From positions 1 to 64,000 of the IMG/VR virus record IMGVR_UViG_3300038379_000822: 64,000 nucleotides of DNA. One strand, 5' to 3'. This stretch comes from a virus. A program made the translations under genes and the position numbers. Within the stretch, counting starts at the first letter, position 1; every line of letters starts with the position of its first letter. The notes below the pieces were generated by a model. That model did no database searches, had not been told where the DNA came from, and saw only the letters and a list, made by a program, of their open reading frames with translations. Positions 7,383 through 16,368 of the stretch are shown here, one piece after another.

Positions 7383-8044
7383 GGCTTTCCAATCGGGTAC
7401 TGGCCAGCTTCGGCGCTGGCGAGAAAAGTCGTCGCCCAGCTCAGCGTGATGGCGGCGATGGGGCAGTCTTCGGCGGTGGCGCTGGGCAGGATGCTGGCCA
7501 GCCAGCGGCGCGCCGCTCGGTGATGACGAGTGAAGTCGAGCGGCCCGACGGGCAACCCATTGTGGCTCTGCCGCCCACGGCGCAGATGCTCGATCAGCAT
7601 CAGCAGTGGCGCGAGGCCTTGCTGCCGGATGCGAGAGGCGATGAAGGCATCGAACGCTTCGCGGATGGCCTTGAGGTTGGCCATCTGCAGGCGCACGCCC
7701 GACAGATCGGCTGCGTAGAGCTGGGTCATGAACAGCGACGCGCCGTCGAGATCGACATCGCTCAGGTCGGCGAGGGTGAGATCGGCATAGTCGAGCCCCG
7801 CACCCGTGAAGTCTGCCCCGGCGAAGCACAGCTCGCTCAGGTGCGCGCCGGTGAAGTCGATGCCGGCGAGCCGCGCTCCCGCTAGTACGCCCTCGGTAGT
7901 GAAGTGCTCCGCGCCCGTCAGGTGCAAGCCCTTGCCATGGCCCGTGCGATCGCGTGCCACCGCCTCGAGCGCGTCCTTGGGAGAGCGCCCCGTCAGCACG
8001 ATCGTCTCGCGCTCGCTGCCACGGGTCAGGCGGTAGTGGTTCAC
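7379..8044 (-). CDS. Pentapeptide-repeat protein
   Basis: Consecutive A(D/N)LxG-type pentapeptides (GARLAGIDFTGAHLSELCFAGADFTGAGLDYADLTLADLSDVDLDGASLFMTQLYAADLSGVRLQMANL). Confidence 0.8.
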   Translation of the reverse strand: MNHYRLTRGSERETIVLTGRSPKDALEAVARDRTGHGKGLHLTGAEHFTTEGVLAGARLAGIDFTGAHLSELCFAGADFTGAGLDYADLTLADLSDVDLDGASLFMTQLYAADLSGVRLQMANLKAIREAFDAFIASRIRQQGLAPLLMLIEHLRRGRQSHNGLPVGPLDFTRHHRAARRWLASILPSATAEDCPIAAITLSWATTFLASAEAGQYPIGKP

Positions 8045-8250
8045 CGGCCGGGCTCCGGATGCTTCTCCAGGCTCGCGATGGCGACCGCGGCGATCATGCG
8101 TCCCTGATCGGCGCGGTACGTCACCGTTGCGGTGACGTTCACCTGCTGTGGATCCACGTTGCGGCTGCGTAACGCCCAGTGGATGACGGCCTGCTGGAGC
8201 TCTTCGTGCGTGACGATCACCAGCGGCGGGAACTCGATCGAATCAGCCAT
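8041..8250 (-). CDS. Hypothetical protein (69 aa)
   Basis: ORF whose stop overlaps the next start (8041..8044). Balanced amino-acid composition. Confidence 0.5.
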   Translation of the reverse strand: MADSIEFPPLVIVTHEELQQAVIHWALRSRNVDPQQVNVTATVTYRADQGRMIAAVAIASLEKHPEPGR

Positions 8251-8494
8251 TCTCGTCGTCCTTGCTGGTCAACCGCAGCGACAGCCGGAAGCCGAGCTGC
8301 CGTGCGAACTGCACCGCCTTGAGCCCCTGCGTACTCTTCAGCGCATCGACGGCCAGGTTGGCCACTTCGCCATCGGGGATGGCGATCTTGATGGAGCTGC
8401 CGGTGTCGTGGTCGAAGCCGATGTGCACGACATCGCGCTTCGGCTCGCGCACCCTCACCGGGGCCTTCTTGGCAGTCTTCTTGGCGCGCTTCAT
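8243..8494 (-). CDS. Hypothetical protein (83 aa), basic N-terminus
   Basis: ORF coupled at both ends (8491..8494 ATGA; 8-nt overlap at 8243..8250). Confidence 0.55.
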   Translation of the reverse strand: MKRAKKTAKKAPVRVREPKRDVVHIGFDHDTGSSIKIAIPDGEVANLAVDALKSTQGLKAVQFARQLGFRLSLRLTSKDDENG

Positions 8495-8853
8495 GACGAG
8501 GCTCCTTCGGCGTCGACTTCGCGCTCGCGCTGTGCCCGCGTCGGGGCGCGCTGGTAGAGAGCATCGAGCGGCATGAGACTCGCATGCAGCTCGATGAGCT
8601 CGTTCACAGAACCTTGCAGCGCCAGGGCACGCCGCGACGCCTTCGCCCAGTCCTCACTCGTGAACGGCGCCGTCGTCTGGTCTGCAATCTTGCAGACGAC
8701 GTCGTCGAGGTCCATCAGCTGGACGCTGAGCCGGGCAGCGATGCCCTGCATCGAGCGCGCCAGCTCGCGCGCTCGGACCATGCCGGGCGTGTCCAGGTCG
8801 GCGCTCCATCGAGCACGAACGGACCACGGTGGCGAGTTCTTCTTCATGCGCAT
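8491..8853 (-). CDS. Hypothetical protein (120 aa)
   Basis: ORF in the minus-strand operon. The stop overlaps the next ATG. Confidence 0.55.
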   Translation of the reverse strand: MRMKKNSPPWSVRARWSADLDTPGMVRARELARSMQGIAARLSVQLMDLDDVVCKIADQTTAPFTSEDWAKASRRALALQGSVNELIELHASLMPLDALYQRAPTRAQREREVDAEGASS

Positions 8854-8872
8854 GTTCTCTACCTAGTTTCCT

Positions 8873-9466
8873 TCAGATGAGCTTCGCGAGCGCGACCAGG
8901 CGCTCAGCGTTCCCCCGCGCGTCCTCGCTCCGTTGCGAGAGGCGCCCCTTGTGCTGCGCCTCGAGCGCCTTCGCGATGCGCTCGATGACGGACGCAACGT
9001 CCCACTTGCGAACCACGCGATCGAGCGTGAAGGGCACGAGCGTCGTCTCGTACTCGGCGCCGGCGCCCTGCCAGTTGGACCAGTGTCCATCGTACTTGAG
9101 GATGGCGAAGGTACCGTCCTGCAGGAGCAGACGGCCGCGGCCGTAGATGTTGCCAGCGTTCACGTGGCCATAGCCACCCCAGACCGCGCGATCGTCGCCT
9201 CCGACGCAGAGGCTGCGCTCCGTCTTCATGTAGATCGTCGACTCCGCATGCGAGGCGGTGCCGATGCCGGACAGCCTGTACTTGGCTACCATGCGGGAGC
9301 AGAGCGCCGGCAGTGCCGGCTTCACGAGTTCGAGTACGCGCTGGAGAAGCGCGGCCTCTGCCGCGCGTTCCTGCGTTTGCGCGTCCGTGAAGTCGGCGTG
9401 AGCCGCTGCGACGGCGGGGGCGAGTTGGGTGATGGTGTTGATGTGCTGTTGCTGTTCGATGTCCAT
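8873..9466 (-). CDS. Hypothetical protein (197 aa)
   Basis: Internal ATG 9466 (MDIEQQQH...) is preceded by GAGGAG. The upstream part of track ORF 8873..9874 is Arg-rich shadow. Confidence 0.65.
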   Translation of the reverse strand: MDIEQQQHINTITQLAPAVAAAHADFTDAQTQERAAEAALLQRVLELVKPALPALCSRMVAKYRLSGIGTASHAESTIYMKTERSLCVGGDDRAVWGGYGHVNAGNIYGRGRLLLQDGTFAILKYDGHWSNWQGAGAEYETTLVPFTLDRVVRKWDVASVIERIAKALEAQHKGRLSQRSEDARGNAERLVALAKLI

Positions 9467-9528
9467 GGTCACTCCTCGTGATCGCCCGGCTCCTCGCCGG
9501 GGTGGGCTTCCGGATGATGCGCGTTCGT

Positions 9529-9846
9529 TCAGGACGTCATTGCTTGCGCAATCGCATCGCTCACGATGCGCTCGTGGCTCGTGGGCTCGTACAGGCCGCG
9601 TGCAAGCACGCGGCCTTGCTCCGTGACGGACCCGGCGAAGACCGAATAGTGGGTCGTCGTGTGCCGCACGACCTTGACGCCGACCTGCGAGGCGCGATGC
9701 AGGTAGCTCTCGGTCCAGGTGCGGATCTGATTCGGCTGGCGGTCGCTGGTCATCTCGAAGCCAGCAGCGAGCAGCCGGGCATGAAGCTCGGCGAGGCGCG
9801 GCGGCCGCACGATGGCAACGGGTTTCGGGCGGGTCTTCTTCGGCAC
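9529..9846 (-). CDS. Hypothetical protein (105 aa)
   Basis: First ORF downstream (minus sense) of the 30-bp palindrome at 9859..9888. Confidence 0.55.
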   Translation of the reverse strand: MPKKTRPKPVAIVRPPRLAELHARLLAAGFEMTSDRQPNQIRTWTESYLHRASQVGVKVVRHTTTHYSVFAGSVTEQGRVLARGLYEPTSHERIVSDAIAQAMTS

Positions 9847-9858
9847 GATCCTCGTAGG

Positions 9859-9888
9859 CTGCTGGTGCTAGCATGCTAGCACCAGCAG
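9859..9888. promoter_or_regulatory. 30-bp perfect palindrome CTGCTGGTGCTAGCATGCTAGCACCAGCAG (site 2 of the TGCTAGCA motif)
   Basis: Verified base by base. It fills the 43-nt gap between the minus-strand stop at 9890 and the start at 9846. Confidence 0.7.
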
Positions 9889-9889
9889 G

Positions 9890-10510
9890 TCAACGCTTCT
9901 GGTGGATGGAGATCACGTTGGCGGGCTTGGTGTCGCGCACCTTCGCGTTTTGCTGTGCCGTCGCTGCAACATGTCGCAGGATGAGCACGTGGGCGATGAG
10001 CGCCGCGGACGGCCGCATGCCGTCGATCTCCGCGAGTAGGCCATGGCGCATCGCGGCGCGCACGCACGCCGCTTCGCTGTGCATGCAGGCCTCGTGCATC
10101 AGCGTAGCGGTCGGCTCCTCGAGCTGGTGGCACTGGAGCTGATGCAACGCGACCCGCGCGTCGTACACATGCGGTGACGGGAACTCGACCATCGAGCGAG
10201 GGAGGTGCTCCCACCCCAGCGCCGACAGGTCGAAGGCCGCCGCCGCGCACAGGTGCATCGGCATGCCGTGGTCGGGCCGGTCCGTGGGGACGGTGTACAC
10301 CGCTGGCACGAGAGCCGGAAACTCGCCGTGCACGACCATCCGGCCGTGCGAGAGCATCACCAGCTCCACGTAGTAGTCCGAACCCTTGACGGCCGACTCG
10401 AGCAGCAGCGAGACCCCGGACGTCGGGCGCGGGCGTAGCTTCCTCACGTCGGGCGCGAGGTGATCGATGATCTCCGTCGTGGCGGAGGCTGCGGATACCG
10501 ACTGGAGCAT
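9890..10510 (-). CDS. Hypothetical protein (206 aa)
   Basis: ATG 10510 (MLQSVSAAS...) shares a base with the methyltransferase stop (TGATG). The upstream part of the track ORF is Arg-rich shadow. Confidence 0.6.
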   Translation of the reverse strand: MLQSVSAASATTEIIDHLAPDVRKLRPRPTSGVSLLLESAVKGSDYYVELVMLSHGRMVVHGEFPALVPAVYTVPTDRPDHGMPMHLCAAAAFDLSALGWEHLPRSMVEFPSPHVYDARVALHQLQCHQLEEPTATLMHEACMHSEAACVRAAMRHGLLAEIDGMRPSAALIAHVLILRHVAATAQQNAKVRDTKPANVISIHQKR

Positions 10511-11286
10511 CAGCGCATGATCCTGACGAGGGTGGCGCCGACTTCCGTGCCGGAGCCACGGAACGTGCCCGGTTCGATGTCCCAGATGTCGACGAGGAAG
10601 CCGCGTGCGCGGGCGTCCTCGATGAAGTTCGTGAACGCCTTGCGTTGGCGGTTGGGCGCCATCAGCGCCACGAGCCTCACCGATGACACGACCGGCCCGC
10701 GCTCGAGCTGTCGCAAGAAGGCATGCTGGACGTGCTTCACGTCTTGGTTCCGCGTCCACGGCGGATTCATCACGATACGCGTGAAACCGTGACCTTCGGA
10801 CGCTTGCGGACAGCTCAGGAAGTCGCCGTGTTGCAAGAAGTGGCACCCCTTGTCGAGCAGGTGCTGACAGTTCGCAGGGTCGAGCTCGCAGACGAAGACC
10901 TTGCGGGCGCCCTCTTCACGGCACGCATCGACTAGCGCGCCACGCCCCGCGCTCGGTTCGAGCACGACGTGGCTATAGACATCCGCCAGCTTCGCCATCC
11001 TCCGTGCGAGCTCGGGCGGCGTGTAGAACTGCTGCAGCTCCTTCTTCACGTTCGTGCTCTTGCCCGTGGCAAGCGCCATCCCGAGGCGCTCTCGTGGGTC
11101 CGTCCCGAAGACATGCGCGGCTCGCGAGCGATTCCACTTGCCGCCGGCGTCGGTCAGCACCTTGTTCACCGCCACGTAGAGCGGCCTCGGTAGCTGCTCC
11201 GGAGGCAGCTTCACCTCGCGCTCGCCGATGATGCTTCGCTGAAGCACAGCCATCACCTCGGGAGCGATCGGCGTCTTGGACTTCAT
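10510..11286 (-). CDS. DNA methyltransferase (N6-adenine/N4-cytosine class, NPPW motif)
   Basis: QFYTPPELA, motif I LEPSAGRGAL and motif IV MNPPW. ATG 11286 overlaps the upstream stop (ATGA). Confidence 0.8.
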   Translation of the reverse strand: MKSKTPIAPEVMAVLQRSIIGEREVKLPPEQLPRPLYVAVNKVLTDAGGKWNRSRAAHVFGTDPRERLGMALATGKSTNVKKELQQFYTPPELARRMAKLADVYSHVVLEPSAGRGALVDACREEGARKVFVCELDPANCQHLLDKGCHFLQHGDFLSCPQASEGHGFTRIVMNPPWTRNQDVKHVQHAFLRQLERGPVVSSVRLVALMAPNRQRKAFTNFIEDARARGFLVDIWDIEPGTFRGSGTEVGATLVRIMR

Positions 11287-12044
11287 GCGTGCTGTTCCTT
11301 CTGCAACCTCGGTAGGAGGTCGACGTATGCCTCTGGCGCGTAGGCGAGTTGCTCGAAGCTCGTGCCGTGGGCGCTGGTCGCGTTGGTGTCGCGCGTCCTC
11401 CGGCAGCCGCACCGCATGCAGCACTCATCCACGACGATGCCGCCATACGTGGCCCGAACCCCCGGGTTCTCTGCGTTGCCACCGACGATCGCGAGCGGGC
11501 GCTGCCAGTCATGACCATCGTCCGCGGCGCAGGGTGGCTCGACCGGGTCGAGTACGACCGTGGTGCTCAGCTCCTCATCGGTCTCGCCGCAGTGGACGCT
11601 GACCTCGATTGCCCAAGACCGCAGCAGGTCGACCTCATCGTCTTCGGTCTCTGCCTCGTACTCGTAGTTGGCACGCGTGCCCCCCCGCGTCGCGAGCTCG
11701 AGCGCCTCTTCGGGCGAGCTGGCAGTGACGATCCAGCACCCGTCGGTATCGGTGGCGTCCCACGACCGCGGACAGTCGCTGCCGGCCAGGGCTCGCAGCG
11801 CGCGGTCCACTGCCGCATCGGCAACGTCCCATACGGCGAGGGCCGCATCTCTTCGGTTCAGGAACTCGACGTAGCGAGGGTGCTCCTCGGTGAGCTCGCC
11901 AGCTTCCTGCAGCATTTCCTCGACCGGATCCCACTCGTTCTCACAGCAGTCGATCGCATGTTGCGCCATCGCGCGCTCTGCTTCCGCCCGTACGACGGCG
12001 GCACGTAGCGGATGGATCACGGGCGTCGGGGTCTCTTCAGTCAT
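11283..12044 (-). CDS. Hypothetical protein, paralog of 22291..22986 (acidic, C-terminal Cys cluster)
   Basis: Shares SSxEEALExA...ANYE, LDPxxPPC, GHxW, GGxxxNPGV and CxxCGC with the plus-strand ORF 22291..22986. Confidence 0.7.
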   Translation of the reverse strand: MTEETPTPVIHPLRAAVVRAEAERAMAQHAIDCCENEWDPVEEMLQEAGELTEEHPRYVEFLNRRDAALAVWDVADAAVDRALRALAGSDCPRSWDATDTDGCWIVTASSPEEALELATRGGTRANYEYEAETEDDEVDLLRSWAIEVSVHCGETDEELSTTVVLDPVEPPCAADDGHDWQRPLAIVGGNAENPGVRATYGGIVVDECCMRCGCRRTRDTNATSAHGTSFEQLAYAPEAYVDLLPRLQKEQHA

Positions 12045-13282
12045 GATGATGGCTCTCCGGTAGCGATGGCGTCGACGACAGCTTGTGCCCCCGACGCCTG
12101 GGATAGATCGCCGTCGCTGACGTAAGTGTATCGCTCGGCATGGCGCCGCAGCGGATGGCCCTCCGACATGTAGGCACCGACACCTACCGAATAGAGACGG
12201 ATGCTGCGGAGCTTCAGCTCAGCCATGAAGTCGGCGAAGGGATGACCGTAGAGATCGTCGCTGTCGCCGTCCGTGATGCACACGATATCGGCGTTGTGCA
12301 CTCCCACATGCTCCCAGGCTCCGATCGCATCGGCCGCAACGCGCAGTGCCGATAGTGTCGCCGTGCCGCCATCCAGGAAGCACGCCTGCGCGTCGCGCAG
12401 AGCTTGTTGATCGCCGCGACGCAACTCGCGTTCCATGGCGAGCGTGCTGTAGTGGACGAGCTTGACCGGTCGCCGGTCGTCCCAAGCAATCTCGGTGAGC
12501 GCCGTCATGCACGCTTTCGCCCAAACATTGCGCGACCAGGTGCCGCCGCCCATCGAGCCCGACTCGTCGATCACGATGACGAGCGCCCCACGGCCACGGC
12601 GTTCGAAGCCCGCCACATCGTATTGCTCGGCGCGGCGATCCATGATGCGAGCTTGCAGTTCGGCTCGAGGCGCGCCGCCGAGAGCCCACAAAGCGAGTTC
12701 GTCCGCCGTCAGGCGCGGCACATCGCCTCCCTGGTGGATGCCCACGATCTCCTCGGGGATGTCGGGGGTGCGCGCACGCACGCGCCCCTTGAGCACCTCG
12801 CGCATGGCACCAGCGAGGTCGGCAATCGGCTTCATCTGTTCGCGAGCGGGTTGCGCCTTCGGATCGACGAGGTTGAACGATGCAGCCGTGCTGCAGCAGC
12901 CTCGCTGGTGCTGCTCCGCGCGCCACTCGTAGAACATGCGCCAGCCTGCGCTGGCGGCCTCCTCCCAGTGGTCGTTGTGCTGCGCCAGGTACGATGTGGC
13001 GGCAGTGGTCACCATCTCAGTGACGAGCGCCGCTAGCGCCTCGTTCATGGTGCACTTGACGGACAGATGGAACTCCATCTGCGCCAGGATGGCGGCGGCC
13101 AATGGATCATCCGCGAACGTCTCGCGACCGGAGATCACGTCCCACGTCTGCGCGTAGATGGCGGCGGCGCGCCGGGCGAGAAGAGCCTGGCGCGGCTGCA
13201 CTTCCGCGTACGCCCGCTGAGCGCGACGCTCCTTGGCCATGCGCTTGCGGCGCACGCCGTCGCGAGTCGGGGCCGCAGTCAT
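12041..13282 (-). CDS. von Willebrand factor A (vWA) domain protein
   Basis: MIDAS-type VIVIDESGSMGG and downstream ITDGDSDD. Coupled to the AAA+ gene (ATGA at 13279..13282). Confidence 0.85.
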   Translation of the reverse strand: MTAAPTRDGVRRKRMAKERRAQRAYAEVQPRQALLARRAAAIYAQTWDVISGRETFADDPLAAAILAQMEFHLSVKCTMNEALAALVTEMVTTAATSYLAQHNDHWEEAASAGWRMFYEWRAEQHQRGCCSTAASFNLVDPKAQPAREQMKPIADLAGAMREVLKGRVRARTPDIPEEIVGIHQGGDVPRLTADELALWALGGAPRAELQARIMDRRAEQYDVAGFERRGRGALVIVIDESGSMGGGTWSRNVWAKACMTALTEIAWDDRRPVKLVHYSTLAMERELRRGDQQALRDAQACFLDGGTATLSALRVAADAIGAWEHVGVHNADIVCITDGDSDDLYGHPFADFMAELKLRSIRLYSVGVGAYMSEGHPLRRHAERYTYVSDGDLSQASGAQAVVDAIATGEPSS

Positions 13283-14613
13283 TGATCCTTGGACCCCGAG
13301 GTGATCGACGCCGACGCCACGTAGGCAGACTTGTGCCCGTCACTGGTGAGCACCGAGTCTACGTTGAAGCGACTCACCGTCCACGCGTCGATGATCTCGT
13401 CGAGCAGTCTCGACGAGGAGCGCACCCGGCGCGCGAATCCGCGCATCCGCTCGAGGGTGCGCACAGGCAACTTCGCCTTGTCACCGAAGCGCTCGGTCAT
13501 CGTGACGCCGAAGATCTCGATGCGATTCAAGATCGCGAGCGCATCATCGTGCATACGAGTGAGGTCCAGATGGACCCGGTTCCGGTTGTTGCGGTACCGA
13601 TCATGCAGCTCTTCGACATCGCGCACCAGCTCGTCGGCCTGCACCTCGAACTCTGCAGCAATGGAGCGAGGCAGCAGCTTGAGCACAGCTTCGACGATGG
13701 CCTCCTCGTGCGGAGCGTTCCAGAGGACGTGCCGCAGCACGTCGAGATCGTCGACGTCAGCGTCGGTGAAACCAGCGTACCAGGCTGCGGCCTTCACCAT
13801 CTTGACCGCCTTCCCGATCGTGCGATCGGAGACGGGGCAGCCTCCCTTGCGGCACCCGTCCTGCACCGTGATGAGGTACTCGAGAACGGGATCCGAAACC
13901 CGGACGCGTTCGATCTCCGCGTGTGCAGCCGCGAGCTCATCCACGTGGATGGGTTCCAAGCGCGACCACACGTCGCCCCAGCCGGACTCGATGCCCTGCA
14001 GGAATGCGAGCCGTGGGCCTTTGCCCTCGATGTAGTCGACGGTGTGACCGATCAAGAAGCGATCGCGCAACGCGTTGAGCGAGTCGTCCTCCTGCCACTC
14101 GTTGGATGCGCCGAAGCACGTAATGAGCGGGCTCGTGATGCTGCCCTTCACCGTGCGCTCGTTCAGCCAGGCCAGCATGGCGTTGAGCGTCGAGCCCGAC
14201 GACTTGAACACCTCGTCGGCGAACGCCACGTGCGCCGCCGTAAGATGGTCATCCGTGATCCAGCGCTCCTTGCCGACCATGAGGTCGGGGATGGATCGCG
14301 TGGCGATGACGTCGCTCTCGGTCGTCTGCCGCGTCATCAGGTACTCGGCAAAGATGCCGCCCTTGATCTGCATGCAGATGACACGAGCCAGCGCGCTCTT
14401 GCCGGTGCCGGGCGGCCCGACCCACACGGCGTGCTCACGCGCCGCCAGCGCGAGCTGGCTCGTGTAGATGATGTCATCGCGCTCAACGAAGACGGAGCCG
14501 ATCAGCTCCGCGTTGTGCTGGAGTCGCTCGCGCACAGATCGCGGCTGTGGCGCGGGGGAGATGTCGGGATCGAAGTCGGTCATGGTTCTCTCGTGAGCGG
14601 CTGCGGAACGCAT
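13279..14613 (-). CDS. AAA+ ATPase (MoxR/RavA-like, AAA_5 type)
   Basis: Walker A GPPGTGKS, Walker B VAFADEVFK and sensor region FGASNEW; 444 aa. Confidence 0.9.
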   Translation of the reverse strand: MRSAAAHERTMTDFDPDISPAPQPRSVRERLQHNAELIGSVFVERDDIIYTSQLALAAREHAVWVGPPGTGKSALARVICMQIKGGIFAEYLMTRQTTESDVIATRSIPDLMVGKERWITDDHLTAAHVAFADEVFKSSGSTLNAMLAWLNERTVKGSITSPLITCFGASNEWQEDDSLNALRDRFLIGHTVDYIEGKGPRLAFLQGIESGWGDVWSRLEPIHVDELAAAHAEIERVRVSDPVLEYLITVQDGCRKGGCPVSDRTIGKAVKMVKAAAWYAGFTDADVDDLDVLRHVLWNAPHEEAIVEAVLKLLPRSIAAEFEVQADELVRDVEELHDRYRNNRNRVHLDLTRMHDDALAILNRIEIFGVTMTERFGDKAKLPVRTLERMRGFARRVRSSSRLLDEIIDAWTVSRFNVDSVLTSDGHKSAYVASASITSGSKDQ

Positions 14614-14620
14614 GGCCCCA

Positions 14621-15004
14621 TCAGCCCGTTGCGCGGCCCGGCGTAGGGCTGAGGCGGTCGACGTAGGCGTTCATCGCTAGGCTGAACGTCGATGCCGCTT
14701 TCGCCTTCTGTTCGTTGGATACGCTGCCGTCCGTCGCGAACGTCGAGCGGAACGCTTGCGCCGCCTCCCGCAGGTCGGGGCTGCCATCGCTATCGATGAG
14801 CGGCAGCAGTTCATCGATGATCTGTCGCTGGACCATGCGCTCCAGATGTTGGTACCTATCGCGCAGCTGATCGGTGACGTGCGTCGTGGTCGCAAAGTCG
14901 CAGGCAGCCCGTGCCAGTTGGCAGAATACCTCGCCACACTCGCCGCGCGTAGCGAGTCCCTCCTGCCAGATTGCCACGATGCGGCGCTCGGCGGTCTGGG
15001 TCAC
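14621..15004 (-). CDS. Hypothetical protein (127 aa)
   Basis: GTG 15004 overlaps the upstream stop (GTGA). Balanced composition from VTQTAERR... Confidence 0.55.
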   Translation of the reverse strand: MTQTAERRIVAIWQEGLATRGECGEVFCQLARAACDFATTTHVTDQLRDRYQHLERMVQRQIIDELLPLIDSDGSPDLREAAQAFRSTFATDGSVSNEQKAKAASTFSLAMNAYVDRLSPTPGRATG

Positions 15005-15153
15005 GACTCGGCCTCCTGGATGAGCCAGGCCATCGCGCAAGCGCGGCCCATCTTGGCGCAGGCCGACCACCAACGCGAACGGCGCCCGTTGAAGGACGCC
15101 GTCACGAGGTAGCCGCCCGAGCGCGCGGCGATAATGCTGTAGCTGGCCTTCAT
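15001..15153 (-). CDS. Small hypothetical protein (50 aa)
   Basis: ATG 15153 overlaps the stop of the 15150..15689 gene (ATGA), and its own stop overlaps the next GTG. Confidence 0.4.
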   Translation of the reverse strand: MKASYSIIAARSGGYLVTASFNGRRSRWWSACAKMGRACAMAWLIQEAES

Positions 15154-15689
15154 TCGTACTGCTCCGGATGCTTTACTCGGTGCTGCTTGAGGAGCTCGAG
15201 GCACTGGTCCTGAGCGGCGCCGAGCGAGCGCGTGCGGCCCGTGGCGTAGCGGTCGCCGCTCGGCGCGCAGACCTCGAAGTAGAACGGCAGTCCGCCCTGG
15301 GTCCAGGACCCTTGGTCGAGGATGGTCGCCGCGGGATGTGGATGCATCGTGTTGGTGTAGCGAAGCCCATGGCGGCGACCGCGGTCGGAGCCGCGCCAGA
15401 TCGAATCCAGAGTGATCTGGAGCCCATGTTCCTGGCGCAGCTGCCGGTACATCTGCTCCAGTGCCAGGTTGCACGCGGCCATGGCATCGTGGGACAGGGT
15501 CCCTTGGCCTTCCGTGAGGGTGTGGGGCGCGTTGGGAAACGCGGCCCACCACCTCCACATCGGGCCATCGTCGGTGCTGAACTGCAGCTTCGCCACCACA
15601 ATCTCCGTATCCCCGAGCGTGCGGCACTGCATGTCGGCCGAGTTCGCTTTCCAGGGCTTCACGATGGTGAGCATCGGCGTCATGCTCAT
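15150..15689 (-). CDS. Hypothetical protein (179 aa)
   Basis: ATG 15689 is preceded by AAGGAGG (reverse complement of 15691..15701). Confidence 0.65.
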   Translation of the reverse strand: MSMTPMLTIVKPWKANSADMQCRTLGDTEIVVAKLQFSTDDGPMWRWWAAFPNAPHTLTEGQGTLSHDAMAACNLALEQMYRQLRQEHGLQITLDSIWRGSDRGRRHGLRYTNTMHPHPAATILDQGSWTQGGLPFYFEVCAPSGDRYATGRTRSLGAAQDQCLELLKQHRVKHPEQYE

Positions 15690-15732
15690 GCCTCCTTGGC
15701 CTCGAGGGGAACTTGACCCGCCGCTTGGCGGA

Positions 15733-16029
15733 TCACGACTCCGTCTCGCGAGCGTAGGCCTCCACCCCGACGATGTAGTCGAGCCACGCGGCGATGAGCG
15801 CGGCCTCGGTATCATCCTCGGGATCGCGGGGGCCGCTCGGGACACAGTGCTCGCGTAGCGCGCTGATCGTGAGCTCGCCGGTGCGGAGCTTGCGCACGTC
15901 GCTGAGGGCCGCCTTCCAAGCGGTCTCCTCGGCTTCGCGCGTGGTGGCGGAGTGGCCGCCGAAAACCGTCATCATGACGCTGGCGGCGCGCACACTGAAG
16001 TAATTACGGGGGAACGGTTCGGTGCTCAT
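15733..16029 (-). CDS. Hypothetical protein (98 aa)
   Basis: Internal ATG 16029 (MSTEPFPRNYF...) with GGAG upstream. Confidence 0.55.
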   Translation of the reverse strand: MSTEPFPRNYFSVRAASVMMTVFGGHSATTREAEETAWKAALSDVRKLRTGELTISALREHCVPSGPRDPEDDTEAALIAAWLDYIVGVEAYARETES

Positions 16030-16040
16030 GCTCGATGCTC

Positions 16041-16259
16041 CTATCCTCGCGGTAGCCGCGAGTAGCGTTGCTCGCACCATGCCTTGCCCGCGGCGGGCGT
16101 CGACACGGTGCATGATTCGTAGGGCGGCGCCGCATGCTCGGCGTTCATGAGCGCCAGCCACTTGTCGGTCGGCGCCCCGAGCGGTTGCGAGACGACCATG
16201 ATGACGCCACGCGCGGGACGGGCGATGAAGTAGCGCGGGCCGTGTTCTTCCCAGTACAT
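16041..16259 (-). CDS. Hypothetical protein (72 aa)
   Basis: ATG 16259 (MYWEEHGPRYF...) with GAAGGA upstream. First gene after the 250-nt structured gap. Confidence 0.5.
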   Translation of the reverse strand: MYWEEHGPRYFIARPARGVIMVVSQPLGAPTDKWLALMNAEHAAPPYESCTVSTPAAGKAWCEQRYSRLPRG

Positions 16260-16274
16260 GGTCACGTCCTTCGT

Positions 16275-16368
16275 CCCCCACGCGAGGGAGCGCCGCGAGT
16301 CTGTTCCCGCTCGCAACAGCACCGGTAGCACCGTCGGTTGCGGCCCGCGACGCTCCCTCGCGTGGGGG
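16275..16368. repeat. Long inverted repeat (18-bp perfect arms, 58-nt spacer) in a 250-nt intergenic gap; candidate structured RNA or regulatory element
   Basis: CCCCCACGCGAGGGAGCG (16275..16292) is the exact reverse complement of 16351..16368. Confidence 0.65.

Noticed and set aside
9859-9888. The 30-bp perfect palindrome as a telomere-resolution (tel) site, with the giant tyrosine recombinase acting as a protelomerase
   Set aside because: The motif occurs at five or more internal sites in varying lengths, always between genes. This fits an operator or RNA-hairpin role better than a unique tel site. No evidence for linear hairpin ends is available.
13102-14646. 514-aa plus-strand ORF opposite the AAA+ ATPase gene; likewise 46154..48277 (+, 707 aa), 48539..49759 (+), 42031..43710 (+, 559 aa), 20316..21605 (-, 429 aa), 27365..28339 (-) and 23348..24007 (-)
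   Set aside because: All are antisense shadows of motif-bearing or well-coupled genes, with Arg/Gly/Ala/Pro/His-rich composition and no coupling or SD.
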